A stretch of 64,000 bases of DNA, taken from a virus. The notes under the pieces are model-generated. The model was not told where the DNA came from, ran no database searches, and worked only from the letters and a program-made list of their open reading frames with translations. How positions within the stretch are numbered: position 1 is the first letter of the stretch; every line of letters begins with the position of its first letter. The stretch spans positions 1 through 64,000 of IMG/VR virus record IMGVR_UViG_3300045988_170206; one strand, given 5' to 3'. A program made the translations under genes and the position numbers. This document shows, one piece after another, positions 31,116 through 40,569 of this stretch.

Positions 31116-32075
31116 TTACTGGATGGGGGTGGTGGTGCCGTCAGCGTGGATGATGCGTGTGGGGCGCAGGAAGCGCTTGTAGTTGACCTGGCCTGTGGAT
31201 TGGCGGATCGCGTCGGATGCGGAGAACGTCAGGAGTGCGAAGTACTTCTTCGCGAGGGCACCGATCTCGTGCGGGGGCATGTAGGAGGCCGATGCCCAGT
31301 TGGCCTCTTCGCACAGTGCAGTCTTAAAGGCGATTGCCGCCTCGTGCAGATCCTCGTAGCTGCCGGTGCCTTTGGTGGTGGCCAGAAGGTACACGTCGCC
31401 AGGGGTGGTGGCGTGTTCTTGGAGGGCTGCGAGGTTTTCGTAGGTGGGCCGTAGCACGTCGTTGCGCAGTGAGGGGTTCTCCGTGTTGGCGAGATCTTCG
31501 TTGAGCCCTTCGATGCGCTCGTCTTTGCCGATGCTACCCATGTAGTCAATGTGACCGACCATGATGCCGCGCCTGCCGGCTTCGCGCATCGCGTATGCGT
31601 AACCCTCGTAGTGGTCGAAGACCGCCTGAGCGGTGTCGTTTCCGACGCGGGAGCCTTTGTTGGCGTGAATGAAGATTCCCATGCGTCCGCCGGTCTTGAA
31701 GTAGCAGACGTAGGGCGGCGTGTTCTCGATTCGGTAGATGGCCCAGATGTTACTGGTGGCCATCCGGTAGTCGTTGGCGAGCTGTTCCATGAGGTCAGCT
31801 CGGAACTCGCGTTCCTCGAGGATAAGGTGCCGGATGATGAGCGACGCGACCGATGGGATGAGGACGATGCAGACGATCAGCTTGGCTCCGAGGCCCGCGC
31901 CTGAGCCGATCAGGTAGGCGAGATCCAGGAAGAATGCGATTGCGCCTGCGCCTGCTGCCATGTAGAGGCGGTTACGCCACCGCTCTTTGCCGTTCACTTG
32001 CGGCTTGTCGAGTGTCAGGGGGATGGAGATGGACTCGTCTCCCACCTGTGGCCGCATGTCGTTTCTGGTGCTCAT
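31116..32075 (-). CDS. T4SS-associated membrane protein (two N-terminal TM helices + cytoplasmic domain)
   Basis: TM helices LYMAAGAGAIAFFLDLAYLIGSG and LIVCIVLIPSVASLIIRHLIL followed by a ~230-aa soluble domain. The position next to the wall hydrolase suggests a VirB3-like or assembly role. No motif recognised. Confidence 0.5.
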   Translation of the reverse strand: MSTRNDMRPQVGDESISIPLTLDKPQVNGKERWRNRLYMAAGAGAIAFFLDLAYLIGSGAGLGAKLIVCIVLIPSVASLIIRHLILEEREFRADLMEQLANDYRMATSNIWAIYRIENTPPYVCYFKTGGRMGIFIHANKGSRVGNDTAQAVFDHYEGYAYAMREAGRRGIMVGHIDYMGSIGKDERIEGLNEDLANTENPSLRNDVLRPTYENLAALQEHATTPGDVYLLATTKGTGSYEDLHEAAIAFKTALCEEANWASASYMPPHEIGALAKKYFALLTFSASDAIRQSTGQVNYKRFLRPTRIIHADGTTTPIQ

Positions 32076-32128
32076 GCCCCTATTTTACTGTGTTTTTGAC
32101 GGTAAAGGCTGGTATGTGGGGTGCGTGT

Positions 32129-33088
32129 TTACCCGAAATGGACGTATCCGGTAACCCACTGGTTGAGGTAGCCCTTCTGGAAGCCAACATCGTGAGTTGC
32201 TGCGGAGGACTCGTCGGGGGAAACATTGAGGCCGGTTGCGCCGTAGTCGGAGGCGTGGACGATCCATCCGTCCCCGACGTAGATGCCGACGTGGCCGGGG
32301 CCCGTGATGATGTCGCCGGGAGTGAGGACTGACTCGTCACCGTTGTAGGGGGTAGCGTGGGCAGCGAAGAAGGCGCTGTTGGCCGATAGGAGGCTGGTGA
32401 CCTGCGCGGAGGATGACTGTCCGACGACAATGCGGTCCTGGTCAGCTCCGAGCTGTACGGGGTTGCCAGAGTCGTCCATGGTCCACCCGGCCATAAGGAT
32501 GAGGGCGCTCACCCAGCCGGAGCAGTCGTAGCCGGTGGGGCCGCGGCCTCCCCAGTCGTAGGAGTAGTAGCCCTGTGCAGGGAGGTTCGCCATGGCGTAT
32601 TTGGCGTTCGCGAGCATGGCGGGGCCGATTTGGCCGGGGGAGGCTGCGACGGTCGGAACACCGTTACCGCCGTCGTATGCGTTGACAGCGGATGCGGCAC
32701 TGACGGTTCCGTTGTTGCCAATGCCCATAACCTCGGGGGAGACCTTATCCGACAGGTTGGTGAGCCAGAACCACCCGCCGCCCGCGAGGACGAGCGCGAC
32801 GATAGCGAAGATCGCGAGGACGGTCACCCAGCCCATCATGACGAGGCTGAGGAGCGCATCGACGGCGCGGGCGGCGAACTTGATTGCCCCGAGGGTTGCC
32901 TGTCGGGCGATGCGAATGATCTTGGTGGTGTCGCTGTTTTCGCTGCCCGTTGCCTTCGCTGTCCCCTCGAGGGCGGCTTTGGAGGCAACGTCTGCTGTGG
33001 CGACGGCGGCGTTGAGGCCGACGCGAGCGGTGAGGGCGACGATCTTGAGGGAGATCGACAGGCATAGGAGGAGGAAGGAGAGAATCAC
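32129..33088 (-). CDS. Membrane-anchored NlpC/P60 (C40) peptidoglycan hydrolase of the T4SS
   Basis: Catalytic Cys in GYDCSGWVS, His in GPGHVGIYVGDG, and a third residue in WIVHAS. N-terminal TM segments. GTG start in a GTGA overlap with the VirB6-like gene. Confidence 0.85.
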   Translation of the reverse strand: MILSFLLLCLSISLKIVALTARVGLNAAVATADVASKAALEGTAKATGSENSDTTKIIRIARQATLGAIKFAARAVDALLSLVMMGWVTVLAIFAIVALVLAGGGWFWLTNLSDKVSPEVMGIGNNGTVSAASAVNAYDGGNGVPTVAASPGQIGPAMLANAKYAMANLPAQGYYSYDWGGRGPTGYDCSGWVSALILMAGWTMDDSGNPVQLGADQDRIVVGQSSSAQVTSLLSANSAFFAAHATPYNGDESVLTPGDIITGPGHVGIYVGDGWIVHASDYGATGLNVSPDESSAATHDVGFQKGYLNQWVTGYVHFG

Positions 33089-36000
33089 TTCGCCTCTCCC
33101 TTCTTCGCACCTCCTGAGCTCTTGCCGCCCACGAGTTTCTTAGCGCCTGCCTTGATCTTGGAGTTGATGCTGGAGGCAGTGCTTTGAGTCTGCTTCTTGG
33201 ACGACTGGACGGTATCGGTGAGAGCGTCGCGTCGGATCTTGTCGGCGAGGTCGGAGCGTCCGAGCTTTTCTTGCATCTCGGCTTCGGCCTGTGCTGTCTG
33301 GATCTTCGTCTGGCGCGTACTGGTTGCAGTGGCTTCGTCCTGCGCAGCCTGCGTCTTCTTGTCCTGTCGGCGCTGCATGACCTGCTGGCCTGCGTTGACG
33401 GTCCCGCCGACAGCGTTGGAGAAGCCCTGTTTCATTGCTGCACCGATGCCGCCCACTGCTGCGATCTTCGAAAGGGCGCTGCCGAACACGCCGGAGACGC
33501 TGTTGTACGCAGCGGTGGCGTAGTGACGCATGTCCTTGAACACTCCCCGCAGGGTGCGGAAGTACAGGAGGGCCACGATGACGTTGAGCGCGCAGATCGC
33601 GAGGAGCACGAACACTGGGTCACCGAGGCGCACGGATGAGCTGAGCTGTCCGGTCACTCCATCGACGGGATCGCCCATGAGGAGGCTGATAATCCACGTC
33701 ATGCCGAGCGTGATGAGGAGGAACTTGCCCAGTGGTGCGAGGATCGCTCTGGATGCCTTGGAGGCCAGTTTCCCGTCGGTCGCTTGGAAGACTGCGGCGA
33801 GGAGGAAAACGAGGGCGCACACGGCGATTGCGAGGAGTGTCCCGTACTTGAGGAGCGGGACCACGTAGATGCTCAGGAAGTCCGTGAGGATGAGCATGAC
33901 GGAGGTCGTCATGGACGATTCCTGCGTGACCTGCTTGTAGAAGTTGTAGTCGCCGGCCTCGAGAGCGTCCTTCTGGAGGCTGTTCGACAGGATGAGACGC
34001 AGGTAGGAGTCGTAGGAGAAGTTCTTGAGCTCGTAGGACTGTGGGTAGAGCTGCACGCCCTGCTTGATGCCGAAGAACTCCGTATCGGAGAACGCCCGGT
34101 TGAACTCGAACGTGGTGAGCATCGAGGTCGCACTGTTGAGCACGCTGTCCTGGAAGCTGTAGTAGTTCAGCATCTCGTTGAACGGCTTGCGGCTGTTCTC
34201 GAGGACGCTCATGATGCGCGCTTCGACGCTCGTCAGGTCGGCCTTGGTGAGGCCGTAGGCGTTCATCTCGGAGGGGGAGAACACCATGGGGCGCTCTTCG
34301 GGGTAGGAGGCCGGGTCGAGGGGGTCGGTGATCGTGTAGGTCTTGCCGTTATGGCGGATCGTCTGTTGCTTGGCGTAGGAAGCGTCGTAGAGCTGGTCCA
34401 CCCATGCGGAGTGCATGTTGGCGAGCTGGGCAACATTGACGTTCTGCCAATATTTCTGGCGGTTCTCGGGGTCGTCGCGGAACTCTGCGTCGTGACCTGG
34501 CTCGAACGGGAGGTTCGGGTAGGTCTTAAGGCTGTAGCGCTTGTCGTATTCGACGACGACGTTGTTAGCTGCCTTGAGGTAGGGGATGGTGTAGGTGAAG
34601 AGTTCCTTCATGCCCAGGTAGTCCTTGAGCTCGCCGTCGTTGTCGGCGGTCTCGTCCTCGTTCTCCCCGGAGGCGTTGTTGTAGAAGAACCCCTGGTTGG
34701 GCTTGTTCAGGAGCATATCCTTGTAGCCGCCGGACGCGCTGTTCTTCGCGGAGAGGCCGTGGTCGTAGGTGTACCAGGAGAAGTGGTAGTAGGGGGATTC
34801 GGATGCGAGCGCGAAGGCTCCCAGGCCGTTGTAGTCGGCATCCGTGTACGTCTCGTCGTCGGGGTTGTATCCGGCGGGGTTGGCGCTCTTGATCTGCTCA
34901 CGCGCGGACTTGCCCTGCGTGTAGGTGCCGAGGCTGAACTGGAATGCGCCGCCGGGGATGCCTACGTGGTCGTTGTACGACAGGTTGTCGAGCTTGTTCA
35001 CGTCGGCGAAGTGGTCGGCGACGATCTTGCTGGACAGGACGGGCGTGATGTAGGACAGGGTGGCGGGGTTGGAGTCGCCGGTTGGGCGGTTCGCAAAGCC
35101 GGACCCCATGTAGGTGTCGAGGTCCGCCTTGTAGTTCCCGTAGCTGTCCTTAAGGCCCTGCGGCCAGGTGTCGGTAGCGGGGTCGGTGTTGACGGTGGCC
35201 TTACCGTCGCCGCGGGCCGCTACGCCGAGGTAGGTGTAGCGGGAGGAGTTGGAGATGTCCACGTAGGAGCGGTACAGGTATGTGGAATTGGGGTCGTCGA
35301 GGTAGGTTTCGCCGCCGTAGGCCTGCTGAGTGGCGCTGTTGAGGAGCTTGGAGAGGCTGGGGCTGTTCTGTGTGGCGTTGGCGAGGTCTTTGCCGTATTC
35401 GACAGCGGTGCGCTTCTTCGGGGACTGCCACTTCAGGAGGATGTTTTCGCCGCCTCGGTTGCTGATCGAGTTGGCCTTGCCGTCGGTGCCGTCGGACACG
35501 AAGGAGCCCATGTCGGCACTGTTGTTGAACACGGTTTGCAGGTAGTTCGAGTAGTCGTCACCTGCTGCGGCCTTGTCGATCTCCGTGGAGTACGTCTGGT
35601 GGGTGATAACGGCCCAGTACGTGAACTTTTGGCTGTAGACGGCGTTGCTGAACCTGTTCGTCGTGTCCACGACTCCGTTGATGACGGGGAAGATAGACAG
35701 GGCGATGACGACGAAGATTGTGAAGGAGCCGAGGGCTTGCTTCCAGCTCATCATGCTCATGACGGTGTAGACGCACAGGACGATGAGGATGACGAGGAGC
35801 AGGTAGACAACGTAGTCGTTGTAGACCTTGATGAGGGTGTCGGTCCAAGACAGATCGTGCAGGTTGGGTGTGGACACGTATCCAGCGAAGCCGGTGTAAC
35901 GGGTGGTGCCTTGGACGATACTGATGGCCTGGGTGCCGGTCATGTCGTCGTGCCAGCGGATGAGAAGGCCGGAGATTTTGCTCGTGATGAGCTGCGCCGC

Positions 36001-37926
36001 GTAATTCGTGTGCTCCCAGTTCGGGGACAGGAAGAAGTACAGGTAGTTGGTGATCGCGTCGGCCTTCTCGTTTTTCACCTGCGCGGGGTCGGCCTCGAGC
36101 TTCACGTCGGACTTAACGGCAGGGAGGGATGCGTTGTACTTCCATCCCATCTTCTGATTCACCTTGTCGTCGCCGAATGCGGCCATGACGTAGCTGGCGT
36201 AGAGGCTGACGGCGGTGGGCTTGGGCATTGACGCTGCGGTCTGGGCGAGGTTCGACGCGGGGTCGAGGGCTTTCTGCCAGGCGTTTGAGGTCGTGTTCTT
36301 GTCGAGGTTGCCTGCCTTGGCGAAGACCTCACCGGAGGGAGCGGTGATCGCATCCTGGTACATGCCGTCTTCGGGCACGTCGCCCTTGAATGCCTGGATG
36401 TCGTCGAGGACGACCATCTTGTTGGTCGTGTAGACGGTCGTGGAGGCCTGTCCTTCGTGTGCGCCGACCCATTCCTTGTAGATGAACGGGGAGCGGGACT
36501 GGTTGGTTTGCGTCGCGGAGCGCATGACGGCGAAGGCGTTCTGGTTGTTGCCGCCGAACATGTTGTGCACGTAGTCGTCTGAGGCTACGCCTGCTGTCTT
36601 GTACTTCTCTTTGAGCTGTTCTTCGAGCTTTTCTTTGGTGGTGGTCCAGGAGTCAGTGAAGAACCCGTCGTTGGCGGTGGTGTTACTCGCGGAGCCGGGC
36701 TGCGTCTTACCGAAGAAGCTGGAGATCGGCATGAAGCCAGAGCCGTTCGCGTCATCGAGGGTTCCGCTGATCTTGGTGGTCGCGTAGTTTGTGTTGTAGC
36801 CGCTCGAGGTCTCCCAGGGAGTCGTGAGCTGCTGCTCGATGTTCGACAGGACAAGGTTCTGGAAGTTCACGGTGTTGTAGGCGCTCGCGGGCCCGTACTT
36901 GGTGCCGGAGGAGTCTACCTTGGTCCAGGTGCCAGGGTTCATGGATGCGGGGATCGCGACCCACGTGTGGTTGGGGCCGCGGTACACGATGTCGCCGAAG
37001 GGGCTGATCGCCATTTTGCCGGAGAAGCTGGACTGGTCGAGGGCAGTATCGGCGAGGGCTTTAGCTGCTGCGGTTGCGTCCACGCCGTCGGTGAATGCGT
37101 CGGCCTCACCCTTGGAGAGGTCCGCATCGGCGGTGGAGAGGTCGAACAGGCTGGAGCCGTATCCGTTGCCGAGGTCGGCCATGGCGAGCGCCTGGTAGAG
37201 GGCGACAGTGGAGGGAGTGAGGTTCACGCCGGTGGGATCCCAGACGAAAGCGGGAACTGTCTTACCGTCCACCTGGTAGACGAGAGCGTTCCACTTAGCT
37301 TTCATCGCCGGGTCGTCTTCCTTGAGGAAGGTGTAGTTCGGGTTGGTGAGGCTACCGCCGGACACCATACGCAGGAAGGAACGCCAGTCGGTCGGGTAGG
37401 AGTCCTTGACTGTCCAGGAGGTGTTCTGGTCCCAGTAGTCGCCGTCGGAGTATGCGAAGGATAGGTCGGTGCCGCCCTGCCAGACGTTGCCGATGATGTA
37501 GGCGGCAACCGAGTCGGCGGAGTCGGCGCTCATGCCGACGGTGGACTGTAGGGCGCTGGACACGGACTTCTGTGTCGCGTCGCGAGCGTCGCTGTCCTTC
37601 TTCATGATCGAGCCGTTGTAGTTGAACTGGCTCTGGAAGGGCACGTAGAAGTTCGATGCGAAGGTGCCGAGGATCCGCAGTTCTTCCGGCTTGAGGCTAC
37701 TGGCATTGGTGTCTGCGAGCTTCTGGTTCTTCGCCAGGTTGATGATCGCAGCGGTACGGCTCGTCGCGTTGCCGCCCGTGGGGGTTTTCTCGTCGGCGGC
37801 GAACGCTGCGGGGGCGACGATAACGCCGCTCGTGACGACGAGGGCCATGAGGAACATGACGACGCGGGGCGCTGCCTTCTTGATGCGGCGCACAGTCGAG
37901 CGCATAATGCTGCGGATCTTCTTCAT
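33085..37926 (-). CDS. Giant polytopic membrane protein (1613 aa), VirB6/TcpH/Orf15-like T4SS channel candidate
   Basis: ATG at 37926 with GAAAGG RBS and signal/anchor VVMFLMALVVTSGVIVAPAAFA. A ~650-aa exported domain, then TM pair (VVYLLLVILIVLCVYTVMSMM; FTIFVVIALSIFPVINGVV), then a second ~560-aa exported domain, then a C-terminal TM cluster (4-5 helices) and a Lys/Gln-rich coiled tail. Confidence 0.7.
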   Translation of the reverse strand: MKKIRSIMRSTVRRIKKAAPRVVMFLMALVVTSGVIVAPAAFAADEKTPTGGNATSRTAAIINLAKNQKLADTNASSLKPEELRILGTFASNFYVPFQSQFNYNGSIMKKDSDARDATQKSVSSALQSTVGMSADSADSVAAYIIGNVWQGGTDLSFAYSDGDYWDQNTSWTVKDSYPTDWRSFLRMVSGGSLTNPNYTFLKEDDPAMKAKWNALVYQVDGKTVPAFVWDPTGVNLTPSTVALYQALAMADLGNGYGSSLFDLSTADADLSKGEADAFTDGVDATAAAKALADTALDQSSFSGKMAISPFGDIVYRGPNHTWVAIPASMNPGTWTKVDSSGTKYGPASAYNTVNFQNLVLSNIEQQLTTPWETSSGYNTNYATTKISGTLDDANGSGFMPISSFFGKTQPGSASNTTANDGFFTDSWTTTKEKLEEQLKEKYKTAGVASDDYVHNMFGGNNQNAFAVMRSATQTNQSRSPFIYKEWVGAHEGQASTTVYTTNKMVVLDDIQAFKGDVPEDGMYQDAITAPSGEVFAKAGNLDKNTTSNAWQKALDPASNLAQTAASMPKPTAVSLYASYVMAAFGDDKVNQKMGWKYNASLPAVKSDVKLEADPAQVKNEKADAITNYLYFFLSPNWEHTNYAAQLITSKISGLLIRWHDDMTGTQAISIVQGTTRYTGFAGYVSTPNLHDLSWTDTLIKVYNDYVVYLLLVILIVLCVYTVMSMMSWKQALGSFTIFVVIALSIFPVINGVVDTTNRFSNAVYSQKFTYWAVITHQTYSTEIDKAAAGDDYSNYLQTVFNNSADMGSFVSDGTDGKANSISNRGGENILLKWQSPKKRTAVEYGKDLANATQNSPSLSKLLNSATQQAYGGETYLDDPNSTYLYRSYVDISNSSRYTYLGVAARGDGKATVNTDPATDTWPQGLKDSYGNYKADLDTYMGSGFANRPTGDSNPATLSYITPVLSSKIVADHFADVNKLDNLSYNDHVGIPGGAFQFSLGTYTQGKSAREQIKSANPAGYNPDDETYTDADYNGLGAFALASESPYYHFSWYTYDHGLSAKNSASGGYKDMLLNKPNQGFFYNNASGENEDETADNDGELKDYLGMKELFTYTIPYLKAANNVVVEYDKRYSLKTYPNLPFEPGHDAEFRDDPENRQKYWQNVNVAQLANMHSAWVDQLYDASYAKQQTIRHNGKTYTITDPLDPASYPEERPMVFSPSEMNAYGLTKADLTSVEARIMSVLENSRKPFNEMLNYYSFQDSVLNSATSMLTTFEFNRAFSDTEFFGIKQGVQLYPQSYELKNFSYDSYLRLILSNSLQKDALEAGDYNFYKQVTQESSMTTSVMLILTDFLSIYVVPLLKYGTLLAIAVCALVFLLAAVFQATDGKLASKASRAILAPLGKFLLITLGMTWIISLLMGDPVDGVTGQLSSSVRLGDPVFVLLAICALNVIVALLYFRTLRGVFKDMRHYATAAYNSVSGVFGSALSKIAAVGGIGAAMKQGFSNAVGGTVNAGQQVMQRRQDKKTQAAQDEATATSTRQTKIQTAQAEAEMQEKLGRSDLADKIRRDALTDTVQSSKKQTQSTASSINSKIKAGAKKLVGGKSSGGAKKGEAK

Positions 37927-37940
37927 TTGCTTAACCTTTC

Positions 37941-38723
37941 TTAGTTCACTCCGGCGACCTGGAGGAACCACCCCATGATCTCATAGATACTGCCGCTCAC
38001 GAGGTAGACCAGCACGATGGCGAGTCCAGCCATGACGAAGACTCTCCGCTTGAACCAGATCCACACGGCGCTCTTATTGCTGTCCATTTCTTCGCGCACC
38101 GCTCGTCGGGCTGCTGACGAGACGAACCTGCGGGTGATGCCCTTGTCCGCGTCGCCGACTTGGAACACGGGGATCGCGATGAAGGCCAGGTCGATGAGGA
38201 GGCTCGTCGTCACGAAAACGATAATGAGGATCGCGACGAGCCCCAAGAATGTGCTGAATGGGCCAGTGAAGGGCTTGAGGAGCGCCATGGCGCTGTAGAA
38301 GTTTGCGGATGCGTCAGTCGTTAGGTTACTGACCGCTGCTGAGACCTTGCCGTCTTGCTGACTGATGAAGGAATAGAGCTTGGACTTACGCTGCCCACCG
38401 AGGCCGCTCTTGCTGGTAGCCGACAGCGCAGCCTGCATGAAGGTCTGCTTGTCCTTGCTGTCGAGCTTGTTGTACGTCGTGAAGTCAAAGCTGACGGATC
38501 CTTCTTTGGCATCGTAGGCCATGATCTCGGGCGAGTTTTTGAGGCTCCGGTTCGCCTCGGTAACGATGGCGGAGATGTTGACATCGTTCTTGGCGATGTA
38601 GGTGGTGGCGCGCACGTTGTCGTCCGCGAAGGCTGGCCCGACAGAGATGATGAGCGCGACGAGGGTAGCGAGGAGCGTCAGGAGCGCCTTGCGGGGGCCT
38701 GCGAGTGTCTGCGTGGGGGTCAT
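37941..38723 (-). CDS. Exported protein with C-terminal TM hairpin, paralog of 38815..39780
   Basis: Signal peptide ...ISVGPAFADD. The C-terminal block FTGPFSTFLGLVAILIIVFVTTSLLIDLAFIAIPVFQV ... SSAARRAVREEMDSNKSAVWIWFKRRVFVMAGLAIVLVYLVSG aligns with the neighbour. Confidence 0.7.
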   Translation of the reverse strand: MTPTQTLAGPRKALLTLLATLVALIISVGPAFADDNVRATTYIAKNDVNISAIVTEANRSLKNSPEIMAYDAKEGSVSFDFTTYNKLDSKDKQTFMQAALSATSKSGLGGQRKSKLYSFISQQDGKVSAAVSNLTTDASANFYSAMALLKPFTGPFSTFLGLVAILIIVFVTTSLLIDLAFIAIPVFQVGDADKGITRRFVSSAARRAVREEMDSNKSAVWIWFKRRVFVMAGLAIVLVYLVSGSIYEIMGWFLQVAGVN

Positions 38724-38770
38724 TGGGTCATTTGCCTTTGCGTGAGCGTGTGCGTGTTGTGGATGTCGAT

Positions 38771-38807
38771 GAGGGCAGGGGAGCTGGCATGTTGCTCCCC
38801 TGCCCTC
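38771..38807 (-). terminator. Intra-operon hairpin (attenuating terminator or mRNA stabiliser)
   Basis: Perfect 14-bp stem GAGGGCAGGGGAGC (38771-38784) / GCTCCCCTGCCCTC (38794-38807) with a 9-nt loop, 8 nt after the stop of 38815..39780. No T-tract. Confidence 0.45.
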
Positions 38808-38814
38808 GAGCGGA

Positions 38815-39780
38815 TCAGAAGAGGCTTCCGGTCACAAGGTCCATGGCCGTACCGACAAGGCTCCAGAGGAGGTTGTAGGCGAGGAAGCACAGAGCAAGGC
38901 CAACCATTAGGTACTTCATAAAGGCCTTCTTGAAGTACACCCAGACGGCGTTCTGGCCATTCTCTTCAGCTTCGACGGCCTTTCGGGCTGCTGTGGACAC
39001 GAGCTTGGTGCTCGCCTGACGTAGGCCACCGCCGCCGCCACTACCGTTACCACCACCGTTGGCGACGGCATCGGAAAGCACCTGGAACGCGGGGATGCTG
39101 ATGTACGCCAGGTCGATGACCGCTGAAATTGTTGTCCCCGCGAGGATCAGGATAGCCAGGAAGCCCAGGGCGGTGGACAGTGGGCCGCTGAACGGCGCGA
39201 ACCAGCGCGCGCCGCCGTCAAGGTCGGCATACACGCCGCGAGCGAGCGTCGAGGTCAGGAGCTTCGAACCGAGGCCCGAGTTGGAGCGCAGTTCCTTGAA
39301 CCAGTTCTGCTTCGTCTCTGAGCTCACGCCAGCGGACTTAGCAAGGGACGGAGTGTAGTCCTGAGCAGTCGGCTCCGTGTAGCTGTCGGTCTTGGCCATC
39401 AGGTCGTTGGCGAACTGGCTCTGTGCCGAAGATGTGAGCTGTTCGTAGATGGCCTGGTTAATCGTGCCCTCGGGCTTGATAATGTCCGAACCGTTGACGG
39501 TGCCGCCGCCGCTGAGCTGGTAGGTGTTCCCAGCCAGATCCTTAGCGACGGTGGTACGTAGAGCCTTGTCGGCCTCCTGTGTGGCGTTACCAGCGCCGTT
39601 GCCGTCGGCTGCGGGCAGCACGCCAACTGTTGTGGGTGCAGTGACGCTGATCGACGCGCTCGCGGGCGCAGTGACGGGAGCCGCTGTCGCAGCGGTTGTG
39701 GTGGCAACGATTGGGGCGACGGCCAGGAACAGCGTTGCGAGTGCCGCTCGGCCCATGCCCATGCGTGGGGAGAGTTTCAT
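38815..39780 (-). CDS. Exported protein with C-terminal TM hairpin and Gly-rich loop, paralog of 37941..38723
   Basis: Signal peptide ...TTAATAAPVTAPASA. C-terminal FAPFSGPLSTALGFLAILILAGTTISAVIDLAYISIPAFQV, then an NGGGNGSGGGGG loop, then VSTAARKAVEAEENGQNAVWVYFKKAFMKYLMVGLALCFLAYNLLWS. Confidence 0.7.
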   Translation of the reverse strand: MKLSPRMGMGRAALATLFLAVAPIVATTTAATAAPVTAPASASISVTAPTTVGVLPAADGNGAGNATQEADKALRTTVAKDLAGNTYQLSGGGTVNGSDIIKPEGTINQAIYEQLTSSAQSQFANDLMAKTDSYTEPTAQDYTPSLAKSAGVSSETKQNWFKELRSNSGLGSKLLTSTLARGVYADLDGGARWFAPFSGPLSTALGFLAILILAGTTISAVIDLAYISIPAFQVLSDAVANGGGNGSGGGGGLRQASTKLVSTAARKAVEAEENGQNAVWVYFKKAFMKYLMVGLALCFLAYNLLWSLVGTAMDLVTGSLF

Positions 39781-39804
39781 TCTTCGGTGTCTTTCTGTGT
39801 CGAT

Positions 39805-40569
39805 TCAGATGATCTGGAACGATGTGTACGGGGCGATTCCGAGCCTGTAGATCAGCCAGCCCAGGAGTCCTAGGTTGACTGCGTGCAGGATGTTGAACAC
39901 GATCTTCTTCTCCCAAGTGCCACCAGTGGAGAAGAAGCCGGGCTCGCCCTTTCGTCGGGGTTTGACGTGAGGGATTATTTTGATCCGTTCGGGCAGGATC
40001 TTCTTCCTGAGTATCACTCGGTTGATGAAGAGTCCCGTTGCGAACGGTAGTCCCTCGGGGGTGAGGAGGTCGAGGGTGAGGTGGGCGATGAGGCCCATGA
40101 TGATGCCGGTGAGTACAAGCTGGGTTAGAGCCTCCCCTAGGTTGGTCGTGAGTGGATTAAGTTGCGTGAGTGCTCCGAAGAGGAGCAGGAATGGCAACTC
40201 GCTGTGGGTCTGCCAAGACCTGTGCTTACAGTCAAGGATACTGAGTATCTGCGCCGTTCGTGACTTACGGGGCGCAATGTCACGCAGTGGTCGCGTGAGG
40301 TGCAGGATATGGCTGATTGTCCTGGATACGGGATCCTGGGAGGGGATCGTGTGGCCTGAGCGTTCGCCGGCGAGCTTCACTTCATCCCACACGCTGCCGG
40401 GGTGGTGGTCAAGGTCGCTTGCTGTGGATCCCCACAGGGCGAAGGGGTAGAGGACGACCAGTGAGGCGAGCGGGGCTGCTTCAATGAGTGGCGCGTGGTG
40501 TGCTGCGAGGGCCGTGTAACCGATCATGCACGCTGCTGCGCCTCCGGCGCGGTGGGTTGCTCCCTGCAT
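39805..40569 (-). CDS. YdjM/DUF457-family membrane-bound metal-dependent hydrolase
   Basis: MQGATHRAGG start, STASDLDHH, CKHRSWQTHSELPF (HRg.tHS) and GLIAHLTLDLLTPEGLPF (aHl.lD..T..Gv..l.P). Visibly lower GC than its neighbours. Confidence 0.65.
   Translation of the reverse strand: MQGATHRAGGAAACMIGYTALAAHHAPLIEAAPLASLVVLYPFALWGSTASDLDHHPGSVWDEVKLAGERSGHTIPSQDPVSRTISHILHLTRPLRDIAPRKSRTAQILSILDCKHRSWQTHSELPFLLLFGALTQLNPLTTNLGEALTQLVLTGIIMGLIAHLTLDLLTPEGLPFATGLFINRVILRKKILPERIKIIPHVKPRRKGEPGFFSTGGTWEKKIVFNILHAVNLGLLGWLIYRLGIAPYTSFQII

Noticed and set aside
33784-36231. Plus-strand ORF of 815 aa
   Set aside because: It is antisense to the VirB6-like gene, with the same Gly/Val/Glu/Asp-rich antisense composition and no start context.
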